From Bacteroidota bacterium (GTDB lineage Bacteria > Bacteroidota > Bacteroidia > 2-12-FULL-35-15): a stretch of 64,000 nucleotides of DNA. The stretch is from assembly GCA_021323165.1 (NCBI GenBank), contig JAJTCJ010000026.1:1804-65803 (forward strand), written 5' to 3'. This document shows, one piece after another, positions 51,495 through 62,072 of this stretch. The notes beneath the pieces were generated by a model that was not told the origin of the DNA, made no database searches, and saw nothing but the letters and a program-made list of their open reading frames with translations. The translations under genes and the position numbers were made by a program. Each line of letters starts with the position of its first letter. Positions within the stretch are counted from its first letter, which is position 1.

Positions 51495-54310
51495 TTGATC
51501 TTCCTTCCAAAGAAATTATTCGCGATCAGTTCCTGAAGCAACATACGTTTTCCCTGGTACATTGCTGTGATCCACGCATCTTTAGTTCCAAGACGGATAC
51601 ATTCCTGTCGGAAAGCTTCAGCATCTTTGATGGTGTTAAAATCACGCATAGTGAAACGTGTGATACCATCGGGATAAGGTGTTACTAATGCCGGTGGCGG
51701 TTCAAGAGATTTCAGATTCTTATGCTTAAAGTTCTGAGGCTTGCGGTAAGCACCTATCTGAACTCGGAACGTTAACCCTTCTGCACAAATATTCCCTGCC
51801 TGGCTGATCAGGCTGTTGTATATTTCCTTGTTGTTAAGATCCTTTCCAACAAATGCAGAGAAATCTGTGTTGGCTCCCGGATCACATGGATTAACAAATT
51901 CTTCCATTGTTTTTCTTACACCGAAGAAGAAAACAGTAACAATAGATTTAGAAGCTTCGGGTTCCTTTTCAACTAAATTTTTCTTAAAGGCATCTGCATC
52001 AGCAAGTGTTTTGAACGGGCCAAAAGTATAACGGATCTTTCCATCAGGATAAACCTTCTTATCTATCTTACCATATTTTTTAAGATGATCCAGTTTGAAA
52101 TCTGCTTCATTGTCAACTGCGGCAATTTCCACTTTGTATGATAGTCCTGCAATTTCTGACTTCCCGTTATCCTTCACCATTCCACTCATTACTTCACCAT
52201 TGTTCAAAGCAACTATACCTTTCTGACTCTTAATAACTTTGGTTTCTGTTGGCGCAACATAATCTCTCCTGGTGTATTCCGAAGCATAGAACTGCTGAAC
52301 TAATCGTCTCGAATTACATGAGTCAACAGTAACTGTAGTATTCTTTAATGAAGTATCTTTTTCTATGATCCTGTATTTATAGATCTCCGCATCCAGCAGT
52401 GATTTAAAATTACCTACATAAAAAGTAGTATTTCCGTTGCTGTCTTTTCTTGCTTTGATACTGTCGATACCTGTAAGTTTTTCAGGATGGAAATCTTCAG
52501 GGTTTTCAAACGTTCCCATCTCTACATTAAAAGTGATGCATGATTCTTTTTTATCACCATGTTTCTTCAGGATATCCTGGTAAACGCGGGTTTCATAAAC
52601 TTCCGCTTTCTTTTCTTCATTATAACGCTGGATCTGACTGTTGATCTGAGTCTGGATAACATCAGAAGAATCCTTCACTGCAACAATATCATTCTCCTTT
52701 TTATAACCTTCAGAATAAACTTTAAAATCTTTCTGAACCTGAACATACGTATCAAGGTTCTTTACATTCACATACTGGTATTGTGCTTCGTAACCTTCAA
52801 CCTCAATCGCTACTTTATAGTTATTACCGGGAGTTAAGGCAATGATATATTTTCCGGAAGAAGAATTGGAATGGTAAGAACCCTGCTTTTCACCTGTATC
52901 GGCATTTGTAACACTGATCTTTGCATCAACCGGTTTATCATCTGCCATTACAGTACCAACAACGAGAGCCAGTACAGGACGTTCTCCTTCAAATGCAGGA
53001 ATCACTTCATAAATATCCTGTTGTCCGAAACCGCCATTTCTGTCAGAAGAAAAATATCCGTGTTCACCATCTGCAGTTAATACATAAAAACGTTCATCTT
53101 CAGTGGTATTGATAGGTCCGCCAATATTTACAGGCTCTCCCCATTTACCCCCGCGGAATGTTGAATACATAATATCATATCCGCCAATACTAGAATGCCC
53201 TTCCGAACTGAAGAATAATGTAATACCATCAGGATGTATGAAGGGCGAATCATCATTATAAGGCGTATTAACTGATGGGCCCATATTTTCAGCCTTACCC
53301 CATGAACCATCAGGCATTTTCTTACTTAAATAAATATCTCTCCCACCTAATCCACCCGGACGCTCACTCGCGAAATATAATGTACTTTCATTTGCAGAAA
53401 GAGAAACGCTTCCCTCCCAGTACTTAGTGTTGATCTCAGGACCAAGAGGCTCAGGGGTTCCCCAAACTTCACCCTTTAATAAACTCATGTAAATATCACC
53501 ACCATCTTTTTCAGTACTGTGGAAAACGAATAATTTTTGACCGTCCGCAGACAATGCGATACTTGCATCATGATTAACAGTGTTGATGTTTGACCCAATA
53601 CTCGAAGGAGTAAGCCACTTGTCACCCAAACGGTAAGAAACAAAAACATCTTCATAATAGTTCCCATTAGGATCCGGTGCGAAATTATCATCCATTAATC
53701 CACCGGTACTATTTGGGCCGGCATATGTATATATAAGAACAGATTCATCAGAAGAGATCACTGGAACATATTCTCTATGTTCAGTATTGATCACCTCACC
53801 CACATTTTTGATCTCACACTTCACTTTAAGCTCAACGAAAGCCTTACCATTCTTACTGTTCTCAATATATCTGTCAGTCAATAAACGCTGGTTAATAGGA
53901 GGAGCTGTTCCCAGATATTTCTTAAATGCAGCGATAGCCTCATCAAATTTATAATTCAAATGATATGCTCTTCCAATGTAAAAATCGATATCCGGTGCAT
54001 CGGGAGCCGATTCTGCCACCTGCGTGAGAAGTTCGATCGATCTCATTTTCTCATCACTTTTATATAATAAAGAAATACCGGTTTTGTATTTATAATAAAG
54101 TTCAGTTGGATGCGCATTCATTAATTCCTGATACAAAGGAAGAGCACGCAGATAATTTTCTTCACTAAAGAAAAATTCAGCATTCTGTAGTTTGGTTTTA
54201 TCCTCTTTGCTTAAGGCCTTAACATTTGGAGTAAGATCTTTTTGTGCTACCATCGATGCGTGGCAGAAGAACAGTAGCAGAACTGAGATAATAAATATTA
54301 TTCTTTTCAT
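51491..54310 (-). CDS. TPR + PD40 + multiple SPOR-like domain protein (paralog of 49225-51228)
   Basis: Shared EYVPVISSDE, YYEDVF and WEGS.SL motifs; three SPOR-like segments (FNVEMG, YKVEIAA, FRVQIGAY...DAWI.A). Confidence 0.85.
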   Translation of the reverse strand: MKRIIFIISVLLLFFCHASMVAQKDLTPNVKALSKEDKTKLQNAEFFFSEENYLRALPLYQELMNAHPTELYYKYKTGISLLYKSDEKMRSIELLTQVAESAPDAPDIDFYIGRAYHLNYKFDEAIAAFKKYLGTAPPINQRLLTDRYIENSKNGKAFVELKVKCEIKNVGEVINTEHREYVPVISSDESVLIYTYAGPNSTGGLMDDNFAPDPNGNYYEDVFVSYRLGDKWLTPSSIGSNINTVNHDASIALSADGQKLFVFHSTEKDGGDIYMSLLKGEVWGTPEPLGPEINTKYWEGSVSLSANESTLYFASERPGGLGGRDIYLSKKMPDGSWGKAENMGPSVNTPYNDDSPFIHPDGITLFFSSEGHSSIGGYDIMYSTFRGGKWGEPVNIGGPINTTEDERFYVLTADGEHGYFSSDRNGGFGQQDIYEVIPAFEGERPVLALVVGTVMADDKPVDAKISVTNADTGEKQGSYHSNSSSGKYIIALTPGNNYKVAIEVEGYEAQYQYVNVKNLDTYVQVQKDFKVYSEGYKKENDIVAVKDSSDVIQTQINSQIQRYNEEKKAEVYETRVYQDILKKHGDKKESCITFNVEMGTFENPEDFHPEKLTGIDSIKARKDSNGNTTFYVGNFKSLLDAEIYKYRIIEKDTSLKNTTVTVDSCNSRRLVQQFYASEYTRRDYVAPTETKVIKSQKGIVALNNGEVMSGMVKDNGKSEIAGLSYKVEIAAVDNEADFKLDHLKKYGKIDKKVYPDGKIRYTFGPFKTLADADAFKKNLVEKEPEASKSIVTVFFFGVRKTMEEFVNPCDPGANTDFSAFVGKDLNNKEIYNSLISQAGNICAEGLTFRVQIGAYRKPQNFKHKNLKSLEPPPALVTPYPDGITRFTMRDFNTIKDAEAFRQECIRLGTKDAWITAMYQGKRMLLQELIANNFFGRKIN

Positions 54311-54558
54311 AAGTATCTTTTTACCAATCGAAGCAAACGGATGAAGTCTTTTTAAATAGGATGCACTAAATTGAAGATAAATGAAAACGATTCAACTATA
54401 AGAATATCAAACTTATAAACACAACATCGTTAATAAAGCCGTTTCATTTTATAGTAATTCCGTTTAAAAACCTTGTAAAATCGACTATATCATCTATTAA
54501 TGCTCACTGTATGTTTAAGAGCGAATATTTCCGTATTTTCGGGTTAATAAACTTAACA

Positions 54559-55200
54559 ATGGAATTTTTAGATAAACATATAGAAGATTATTCTTTAGAT
54601 CATTCATCTGCAGAAAGTGATATCTTAAAAAAGATAAATCGTGAAACACATGCAAAAGTTATGCAGCCACGCATGCTTTCCGGGCACATGCAGGGAAACT
54701 TTCTTTCAATGATCAGCCAAATGATACAGCCTGAACAGGTCCTTGAAATAGGAACATATACGGGCTATTCAGCTGTATGCCTTGCGCAGGGGCTTACAGA
54801 AAAAGGCCAGCTGCATACGATCGATGTAAATGAAGAGCTTGAAAAAACAGTGAGAGGATATATAAAAGAGGCAAAGCTTGAAAACAAAATAAAGTATTAT
54901 ATAGGTGATGCATTGCAGATCATTCCTGCAATAAATGAAATGTTTGATATCGTGTTCATAGATGCTGACAAAAAAAATTACTGCAATTATTACGATCTGA
55001 TCTTTGATAAAGTAAAACCAGGAGGATTCATTATAGCAGACAATGTTCTCTGGAGCGGAAAAGTTCTTGATCTTCAGAAGAACAAGGATCATGATACTGT
55101 AATGATAGATGTTTACAATAAAAAGGTTCACAATGATCCCAGAGTAGAGCATATGCTGTTACCTTTGCGTGACGGACTAATGATTGCAAGAAAGAAATGA
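54559..55200 (+). CDS. O-methyltransferase (CCoAOMT/TrmR-like)
   Basis: LEIGTYTGYS, FIDADK, ADNVLWSG, LPLRDG; start at MEFLDK. Confidence 0.92.
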   Translation: MEFLDKHIEDYSLDHSSAESDILKKINRETHAKVMQPRMLSGHMQGNFLSMISQMIQPEQVLEIGTYTGYSAVCLAQGLTEKGQLHTIDVNEELEKTVRGYIKEAKLENKIKYYIGDALQIIPAINEMFDIVFIDADKKNYCNYYDLIFDKVKPGGFIIADNVLWSGKVLDLQKNKDHDTVMIDVYNKKVHNDPRVEHMLLPLRDGLMIARKK

Positions 55201-55330
55201 TTTCAAATTTCAGATTTCAAATTCCGGAGGAATAGTCAGTTCGTCCCGATGGCTATCAGGATGAGCATTCTCTACTCGAAGTACAGGAACCAGAAATAAA
55301 TTTATAGTCTACAATAAAATATTTATAACA

Positions 55331-56347
55331 ATGATAATTGATCTAAGAAGCGATACGGTTACAAAGCCGAATAAAGCAATGCTTGAAGCAATATTCAATG
55401 CAGAGGTCGGTGATGATGTTTTCGGAGAAGAACCAACAGTAAATGCTCTTGAAGCGAAAGCTGCAAAACTGTTCGGCATGGAAGCGGCTTTGTTTTGTCC
55501 TTCCGGAACTATGACAAATCAGATCGCGATCAAAGTACATACACAGCCCGGTGATGAAGTGTTATGTGACAGCACAGCTCATATCTATAATTATGAAGGA
55601 GGAGGAATTGCTTTTAATTCAGGAGTTCAGGCGAAACTAATAGCTGGCGAACGCGGACGGATCTCCGCTCAGCAGGTTGCTGAAAGCATTAATCCTCCCT
55701 TAGACTGGCTTACAAGAACCAGCCTTGTATGTGTTGAGAATACTGCTAACCGTGCGGGAGGAAGTTATTATTCACTCGCACATATGAAAGAACTTTCGGA
55801 TGTTTGTAAAAAAAACAATATAAAATATCACTTAGATGGAGCACGCGTATTCAACGCAATTGTTGAAGCGAATTATACACCTGCAGATCTTGGGAAAATA
55901 TTCGATTCAATATCTATTTGTCTTTCCAAAGGCTTAGGTGCACCGGTCGGGTCTTTGCTTTTAGGAAACAAAGAACTTATAAGCAAAGCCAGAAGGATAC
56001 GAAAAGTTTTTGGAGGAGGAATGCGCCAGGCCGGATTTCTTGCAGCAGCAGGAATCTACGCACTTGACAATAATATCAACAGACTGAAAGAAGATCATGC
56101 AAGAGCAAAGAAACTGGCTGCAACAATGAGCCAGTTGAGCTATATAGATAATGTATTGCCGGTGGATACTAACATCATTATTTTTAATCTGAATGATAAA
56201 ATGAAAGCAGAAGATTTTGTTCAGAAACTTGCTTCACACAACATAAAGGCAGTGGGCTTCGGCAAGCAGGCCATCCGTTTTGTAACTCATCTTGATTTTA
56301 ATGATGACATGCTTGCTCAAACGGAAAAAGTATTAAAAAGCTTATAA
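55331..56347 (+). CDS. ltaE: Low-specificity L-threonine aldolase
   Basis: DLRSDTVT, GDDV, SGTM.NQ, HLDGAR, CLSKGLGAPVGS, GGGMRQAG. Confidence 0.94.
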   Translation: MIIDLRSDTVTKPNKAMLEAIFNAEVGDDVFGEEPTVNALEAKAAKLFGMEAALFCPSGTMTNQIAIKVHTQPGDEVLCDSTAHIYNYEGGGIAFNSGVQAKLIAGERGRISAQQVAESINPPLDWLTRTSLVCVENTANRAGGSYYSLAHMKELSDVCKKNNIKYHLDGARVFNAIVEANYTPADLGKIFDSISICLSKGLGAPVGSLLLGNKELISKARRIRKVFGGGMRQAGFLAAAGIYALDNNINRLKEDHARAKKLAATMSQLSYIDNVLPVDTNIIIFNLNDKMKAEDFVQKLASHNIKAVGFGKQAIRFVTHLDFNDDMLAQTEKVLKSL

Positions 56348-56364
56348 ATTCTAATCATACAAAA

Positions 56365-56919
56365 ATGCACAAGATCGCGATCATATCAGGAAGTGTCAGA
56401 ACAGGAAGACAGAGTCATTATGTTGCTGAATATTTTAACAATTACATAAAAGAAAACAAACTTGCAGACTCAGAGATCCTGGACCTTATGGAATATAATT
56501 TTCCGATCTTTGATGAACGTCTTTCTAAGATGCCCTCTCCGCCAGAACAATTATTAAGCTTTTCTAAAAAGATACAAGATGCGAATATCGTGATCATCGT
56601 TTATCCTGAATACAACGGTGGATATTCGGCAAGCATAAAAAACGCGATCGATCTGCTTTATAATGAATGGCATCATAAGCCAATCGGTTTGGTAAGTGTT
56701 TCCTCAGGGAATTTCGGTGGCGTAAATGCTACGTCTCTTTTGCAAACAGTACTTGTTAAAATAAAAGCACTGCCAGTTGCAACCTTCCCTGTGCCGAATG
56801 TTCAGGATAATTTCGGTGAGAATGGAAAGGCTATGAACAAAGAAGCGAGCGATAAAAGAGCATCTTCTTTTATGAAGGAGTTACTTTGGTTCGCGGATTC
56901 GGTGAATAAGATGAAATAA
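56365..56919 (+). CDS. NADPH-dependent FMN reductase
   Basis: GSVR.GR.S, PEYNG, KNAID, S.GNFGG. Confidence 0.9.
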   Translation: MHKIAIISGSVRTGRQSHYVAEYFNNYIKENKLADSEILDLMEYNFPIFDERLSKMPSPPEQLLSFSKKIQDANIVIIVYPEYNGGYSASIKNAIDLLYNEWHHKPIGLVSVSSGNFGGVNATSLLQTVLVKIKALPVATFPVPNVQDNFGENGKAMNKEASDKRASSFMKELLWFADSVNKMK

Positions 56920-56921
56920 AC

Positions 56922-58145
56922 TTACTCAGCAATTATATTTTTATCTCTTCTGAAAAGCAGGTAAGCTATCACTGTTGAAACGCCTATTGCAGCGAAGAGA
57001 AATGTCGCGGAAGGACTTATCATAACCCATATCAATCCGGCAAGTGAACTTGAGATCATTGCCATGATACTGTTCCAGCTTGCATAGAAACCGATGGCTG
57101 TAGCAGTTTCAGTTTTGGGAACAAGATTAGTAAGCCAGGCTTTAGAAACTCCATCGGTGGCTGCAGCGTAAATACCATAGATGAAGAATAAGCTGTACAT
57201 CATCAATTCATTCTGAAGGAAAGCCATTCCTGTATAAACTATTACAAAAAGTATCAATCCGAAAATAAATGTTGGCTTCATCGCGATCTTATCAGCCATC
57301 ACTCCCAAAGGGTAAGCAAACACGGCATACACGAGATTATAGAATACATAAACAGCGATCACATGCGTATCATCCATTCCGGCAGTTTTAGCCATCAGCA
57401 GCAGGAAAACATCAGAGCTGTTGAAAAAAGTAAAAAGCAATAATCCGGTGACAAGCTTTTTATATTCAGGTGAAGCAACCTTCCAGTATTTAAAGAAAGA
57501 AAAGAAATTTCCTTTTTTTAAATTGATAACCGCTTCTCTCTTTTTTTCTTTAATAATGAATGTAAGAGCAACAACAGCAAGTCCTGGAATAAAGGTGAGA
57601 AGAAATAAGGTTTTATATTGTCCGGGATAATAATACAAAAACAGTAATGCCAGGATTGGTCCGATAACTGCGCCAACAGTATCCATTGAACGGTGTAATC
57701 CGAAAACCTTTCCTTTATTTTCTTTTGAGCATTCATCAGAAAGCATTGCATCCCGGGCACCTGTTCTCAAGCCTTTTCCAAGCCTGTCACCTATTCTCAT
57801 AAACAACACCCAAACCGGATAAGCAAAAAGGGCCATCAAAGGTTTTGATACTGCACTTAAAGAATAACCCCATTGAACAAAAGGTAAACGCCTGCCTTTT
57901 TCATCGGATAATTTTCCGAAATAACCTTTGGAAATTCCCGCAACAGCTTCTGCAATACCTTCCAAAATTCCAATCCATAGCGCTGTGAATCCAATAGATT
58001 TAAGATAGATCGGCATAACAGGAATCAGGATCTCGCTGCCAATGTCATTGAACAGGCTGACAAAAGAAAGCACCCAGATAGTCCGCGTGAAGATCTTCAC
58101 TCTGATCCCTGATGATGAATTCTGGTCGATCTCCCTTTCAGCCAT
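56922..58145 (-). CDS. MFS transporter
   Basis: VSLFNDIGSE, G.LSD, DRLGKGLR..ARDA, FG.HR.MDT.GA; about 12 TM. Confidence 0.92.
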   Translation of the reverse strand: MAEREIDQNSSSGIRVKIFTRTIWVLSFVSLFNDIGSEILIPVMPIYLKSIGFTALWIGILEGIAEAVAGISKGYFGKLSDEKGRRLPFVQWGYSLSAVSKPLMALFAYPVWVLFMRIGDRLGKGLRTGARDAMLSDECSKENKGKVFGLHRSMDTVGAVIGPILALLFLYYYPGQYKTLFLLTFIPGLAVVALTFIIKEKKREAVINLKKGNFFSFFKYWKVASPEYKKLVTGLLLFTFFNSSDVFLLLMAKTAGMDDTHVIAVYVFYNLVYAVFAYPLGVMADKIAMKPTFIFGLILFVIVYTGMAFLQNELMMYSLFFIYGIYAAATDGVSKAWLTNLVPKTETATAIGFYASWNSIMAMISSSLAGLIWVMISPSATFLFAAIGVSTVIAYLLFRRDKNIIAE

Positions 58146-58147
58146 AA

Positions 58148-59779
58148 TTATTTAACGAGAACAGAAATTGGTTTACCTGTGCATCCGTTTGGAAACTGAA
58201 TATTCAGCATCATCGCTAAAGTAGCAGCAATATCAGTGATGTTCACCTGATCAGCATTACTACCATGACTAACATTCCATCCGTAAAATATCAATGGAAC
58301 ATGGGTATCATAACTATAAGGAGAACCATGAGTTGTACCTGTGTGATGATAATCAACCCAGGCAGGAAGATAATTGATAAGTACATCTCCGGAACGTTTT
58401 ACGTTGTAACCGTTCTGCATCAGGTAACGTGCTCCTTCAGTGTATGAAGAAGAATTCATAGTAATTGCAGTCTGGGTTTCAGCCACTCCTTCAAACCCTG
58501 ATAAAAAAGCAGCAGCAACTTCCTGTATCTCTTTTAAGAATAATTTTTTCTCTTCTATCACTTTATGATTTAAGAATACCTGTTGATTAGACATAGAGAG
58601 TACGAGTGTATCGCCATACATTTTCTTTAAAAAGTTTTTTAACTCATAGTTCATCTTTCCTTCATCCACATATCCGGCAGGAATTTTCAGGCTTTTTAAA
58701 TATGCCGGAACTTCCGGTGCTGCATGATCAGCTGTAAGAAATACAAGTACGTTTTCTTTTCCTAACTGAGTGTCAAGGAATTTAAGAAGCTCAGCCATCT
58801 CTTTATCTAACCTGATGTAATCATCTTCCTGTTCAACGGAATTAGGTCCCCAGGTATGACCTATATAATCAGGAGAAGAAAAAGAAATAGCAAGAAAATC
58901 TGTTGCACCCGATCTTCCCATGTTCTCATTTTTTATCACTTCGATTGCGAAATCTTTCGTGAGTGTATTTCCAAAAGGAGTACTTCTTATCAGGTTTAAT
59001 CCGCCATTGGCCGCCATAAGTTTTGGAAGATCATGTGGAAATACAGGGCCGGTCTCGCCTTTCAGATATCCTTCAAAATTATTATTATCCTGGATACTCT
59101 CGGTATACTGATCGATCGGTAATAAAGTATTCCATGGCTGAAACAGGTATTTTTTTGCAAGTTCTTTCTTGTTGAACTCCTGAACCCAGCTTGGTAATTC
59201 TTTCATATAGTAAGTGCTCGAAATAAAAGCTCCGTTAGATCCGTCATACCAATAAGCAGCATTTGCAGTATGTCCGGCAGGCATGATCGCACTTCTGTCT
59301 TTTAATGCAATACCAATCACCTTTGATTTAAGGTTTGATGAGATACGAAGCTCATCCGTGATCGTAGTGGTAAGATTATTAACCGGTGAACGTTTCCCTT
59401 CACCTGAGGTTGTCCCTACTCCATTCACAGCCTGATCTTCCGCGCAATACATATATTTTCCTGTTTGTTTATCAAACCATTCATTGGCGATGATTCCATG
59501 CACAGAAGGCGTGGTTCCTGTATAAACAGATGCATGTCCGGGGCCTGTATAAGTCGGGACATAATTGAAATTCGTATTCCTGCAGAAAAAGCCTTCATTC
59601 ACAAGACGCTTAAAACCATCATTACCGAATTTATCCCAATAACGATATATGTAATCATAACGCATCTGATCCACTACAATTCCGACAACCAGTTTCGGTT
59701 TTACAGGTACTGCAGGGATCTTCTCTGCGAACAGGTTTAATGACAATAATCCTAAAACAAAGCTTAATTTAAATTTCAT
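58148..59779 (-). CDS. pafA: Alkaline phosphatase PafA family
   Basis: VVDQMRYDY, PTYTGPGH, KDR.AI..AGH, DYIGH, TADH, TTHGSPY.YD.HVP; start at MKFKLSF. Confidence 0.88.
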   Translation of the reverse strand: MKFKLSFVLGLLSLNLFAEKIPAVPVKPKLVVGIVVDQMRYDYIYRYWDKFGNDGFKRLVNEGFFCRNTNFNYVPTYTGPGHASVYTGTTPSVHGIIANEWFDKQTGKYMYCAEDQAVNGVGTTSGEGKRSPVNNLTTTITDELRISSNLKSKVIGIALKDRSAIMPAGHTANAAYWYDGSNGAFISSTYYMKELPSWVQEFNKKELAKKYLFQPWNTLLPIDQYTESIQDNNNFEGYLKGETGPVFPHDLPKLMAANGGLNLIRSTPFGNTLTKDFAIEVIKNENMGRSGATDFLAISFSSPDYIGHTWGPNSVEQEDDYIRLDKEMAELLKFLDTQLGKENVLVFLTADHAAPEVPAYLKSLKIPAGYVDEGKMNYELKNFLKKMYGDTLVLSMSNQQVFLNHKVIEEKKLFLKEIQEVAAAFLSGFEGVAETQTAITMNSSSYTEGARYLMQNGYNVKRSGDVLINYLPAWVDYHHTGTTHGSPYSYDTHVPLIFYGWNVSHGSNADQVNITDIAATLAMMLNIQFPNGCTGKPISVLVK

Positions 59780-59825
59780 AGTATTTATTTTGTTTATAAT
59801 TCTCTTATCGAAGTAGAATTTGTGA

Positions 59826-60074
59826 GTTGTCTTGTTGAGCCTGTCGAACATGTGGGCCGGCTGACACACACTCTTCGACTCCGCTCAGAGTGACAACCCA
59901 CTCATTCACACAGAACTTTGCGCCTTTGCGCCTTCTTGGTAAAAAAGCCTTCGCACTTTCTCGATACATTTTTCCGAAAAGGAAAAACACTCGAAATGAC
60001 AACACACAATAAACACATCTCTTAGTGAGAAGCGAAGCTTCCTTTTCTTCGTCCTTAGTGACCTAGTGGTAAAA
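59826..60074. repeat. Intergenic cluster of REP-like palindromes and TTTACC-type arms
   Basis: GTTGTC...GACAAC pair (59826-59897); CGCAAAG-type arm (59914-59944); TCTCGATAC...TCGAAATGACA (about 59958-60003); CACTAAG-type arm (60019-60074) resembling 36113-36166. Confidence 0.7.
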
Positions 60075-60075
60075 T

Positions 60076-61068
60076 CTAAAATTCTTTTTCACTCTCCACT
60101 CCAAATAACTTTCCTTTTTTCCAAAGCTTCAATTCTGACTTCAGAGCTTTACTATTGCTTTTAGTTAACTCAGCAGGATCAAGGCTGCTAAGATCCGGTT
60201 TGCCTGCATTTACCCAGGCTGTATACCACATATCCGACACTGCAGAAATGGATGCTCTCATCTGTTTTTCAACCATACCATTCAAAGCAATATGCAGCTG
60301 CCTGGTGTATTCATCAGAGTAAATAGACTGATTGTATTTACTCTTCACTACTTTACCGGAGGCATCAGTTTTAAACAATTTATTTTCCGGTGTACTTGTT
60401 CTTAATGCTTTATCAATGATCAATAACGTATCCTTTAACTTATGAGAATTAAAAATTATATTCCATATCTCTTTATTTACATCTTCGATATATTTTGCTT
60501 CTCTTGTATTATAGTTATAATCTTTCCCGAAGACCTCAGGCATTTTTGATTCCCACAGAGCATGAATACCTTTCTGATCAGTCAGCTGACCGTCATAATT
60601 TGCAGAAGTATGCAGCGGCATATGTGCATCCCCAACATAATGCCCGATATCAGCACACAGGAAAAGAATCTCTGTCTTTCTTTTTTCTTTAAACGCTTTT
60701 GTTAATTTCTCCATAAGATCCTGAAGGTACCAGGGAAGGATACCATTAGACTGAAGAAATTTCTCATCGTATCTCTTTTTTGTCTCTTCCATATTTTTTG
60801 GAAGACTGTCGATCTTACCGAAATTTTCCAGGTCTACAAAATGCCTCGGATTCTCTGACTTATCACTTAATACGTACTTGCGAAGATCAGGTACAGTAGA
60901 TTCTATAGTAATAAAATCAATATGGTTATAAAAGAACGGACGTATTGATTCGGGCAGACTAAATACAGAAGCACGGTTAATATGCTCATGCCCGAACGTT
61001 CCCCAGGAAATAAAAAATGCTGCAACAGTCGTCACACACAAAAAGCTGATCAATTTTAATTTGTTCAT
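60076..61068 (-). CDS. Zinc-dependent phospholipase C / S1-P1 nuclease family protein
   Basis: SWGTFGH, H.VDLE, GHYVGDAHMPLHT..NYDGQ, GIH.LWE; start at MNKLKL. Confidence 0.85.
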   Translation of the reverse strand: MNKLKLISFLCVTTVAAFFISWGTFGHEHINRASVFSLPESIRPFFYNHIDFITIESTVPDLRKYVLSDKSENPRHFVDLENFGKIDSLPKNMEETKKRYDEKFLQSNGILPWYLQDLMEKLTKAFKEKRKTEILFLCADIGHYVGDAHMPLHTSANYDGQLTDQKGIHALWESKMPEVFGKDYNYNTREAKYIEDVNKEIWNIIFNSHKLKDTLLIIDKALRTSTPENKLFKTDASGKVVKSKYNQSIYSDEYTRQLHIALNGMVEKQMRASISAVSDMWYTAWVNAGKPDLSSLDPAELTKSNSKALKSELKLWKKGKLFGVESEKEF

Positions 61069-61088
61069 TGTATTTATTTTTTGTTTCA

Positions 61089-61457
61089 CTAATAAGTTTG
61101 CCTTGTAAAGAACCAGATGATCGCCATGCAGGTGATCACACTCAATAAGATATTTATAAATGCCAGCATTGTATTTCCTGAACGCATTAATTCTACTGTT
61201 TCGTAGCTGAATGTTGAAAATGTGCTGAAACCACCACAAAACCCAATCAGGATCAAGGTTTTTAAGGATGCATTCGCACCAATCTTTTCGCTAAAATAGC
61301 CGATAGTGAGAGCAAGGATCAGGCAGCTTAATACATTTGAACAAAACGTTGCCAAAGGAAAAGATGCCCTGAATCTTAATTTAACAAACTCAGATATCCC
61401 ATACCTTGCAATACTGCCGGCTCCTCCACCTAAAAAAACTAATAGCAGATTGTTCAT
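61089..61457 (-). CDS. crcB: Fluoride efflux channel CrcB/FluC
   Basis: GGG.GS..RY, FP.AT, GFCGGFSTFSTF. Confidence 0.95.
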   Translation of the reverse strand: MNNLLLVFLGGGAGSIARYGISEFVKLRFRASFPLATFCSNVLSCLILALTIGYFSEKIGANASLKTLILIGFCGGFSTFSTFSYETVELMRSGNTMLAFINILLSVITCMAIIWFFTRQTY

Positions 61458-62032
61458 GTTGTTTTATATAATTTTTTTTCCCCCAGAACAAATAATTTAT
61501 ACACTGCAATTCCGATTCCCATCCCAACAATCGCACCAACAGCTACATCCGCAGGATAATGAACTCCGTTATAAATCCTGCTGTATGAAACAAATATCGC
61601 CCACATGAAGATCAGTGGAGTAAAGTTTTTTATTTTGTTTTTAAAGATAAGGCTCAGGAACATTGCAAGCGCGAATGTATTTGCTGCATGAGAAGAAATA
61701 AAACCATAGATTCCTCCGCGTCCGTCATTCAAATGAACTTTTGATTCAATGTTAAGATTTGCATAAGGACGGTAACGAAGAAACACATTTTTAAAAGCAT
61801 GAACAGAGATCTGATCAGACAGAACAATTACCAAAACAGCAGCCAGGATCACCAACCAGACCTTGTTGCCAAAATGTTTCCATGAAAGATAAAGGAAAAA
61901 TGCATAAAGCGGGATCCAGAAAAACTTATGACTTACCCAAAACATTATCGTATCAAAAAAAGAATTGTGCTTGCTGTTAAAGAACAGAAAGAGTTCAGTA
62001 TCTAATTCTTTTATTGTATTGATGATATCCAT
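61454..62032 (-). CDS. PAP2 family phosphatase
   Basis: K....R.RP, F.SSHA, SRIY.GVHYP.DV. Confidence 0.92.
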   Translation of the reverse strand: MDIINTIKELDTELFLFFNSKHNSFFDTIMFWVSHKFFWIPLYAFFLYLSWKHFGNKVWLVILAAVLVIVLSDQISVHAFKNVFLRYRPYANLNIESKVHLNDGRGGIYGFISSHAANTFALAMFLSLIFKNKIKNFTPLIFMWAIFVSYSRIYNGVHYPADVAVGAIVGMGIGIAVYKLFVLGEKKLYKTT

Positions 62033-62072
62033 TTGGGTGTTGTCATGTTAGGACATCCGCACTTATTGATTA

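Noticed and set aside
59780..60005. N-terminal extension of pafA and a 66-aa ORF
   Set aside because: Both derive from palindromic repeats; the signal peptide begins at 59779.
61069..61239. Extended start of the S1/P1-like gene
   Set aside because: Overlaps crcB; the signal peptide begins at 61068.
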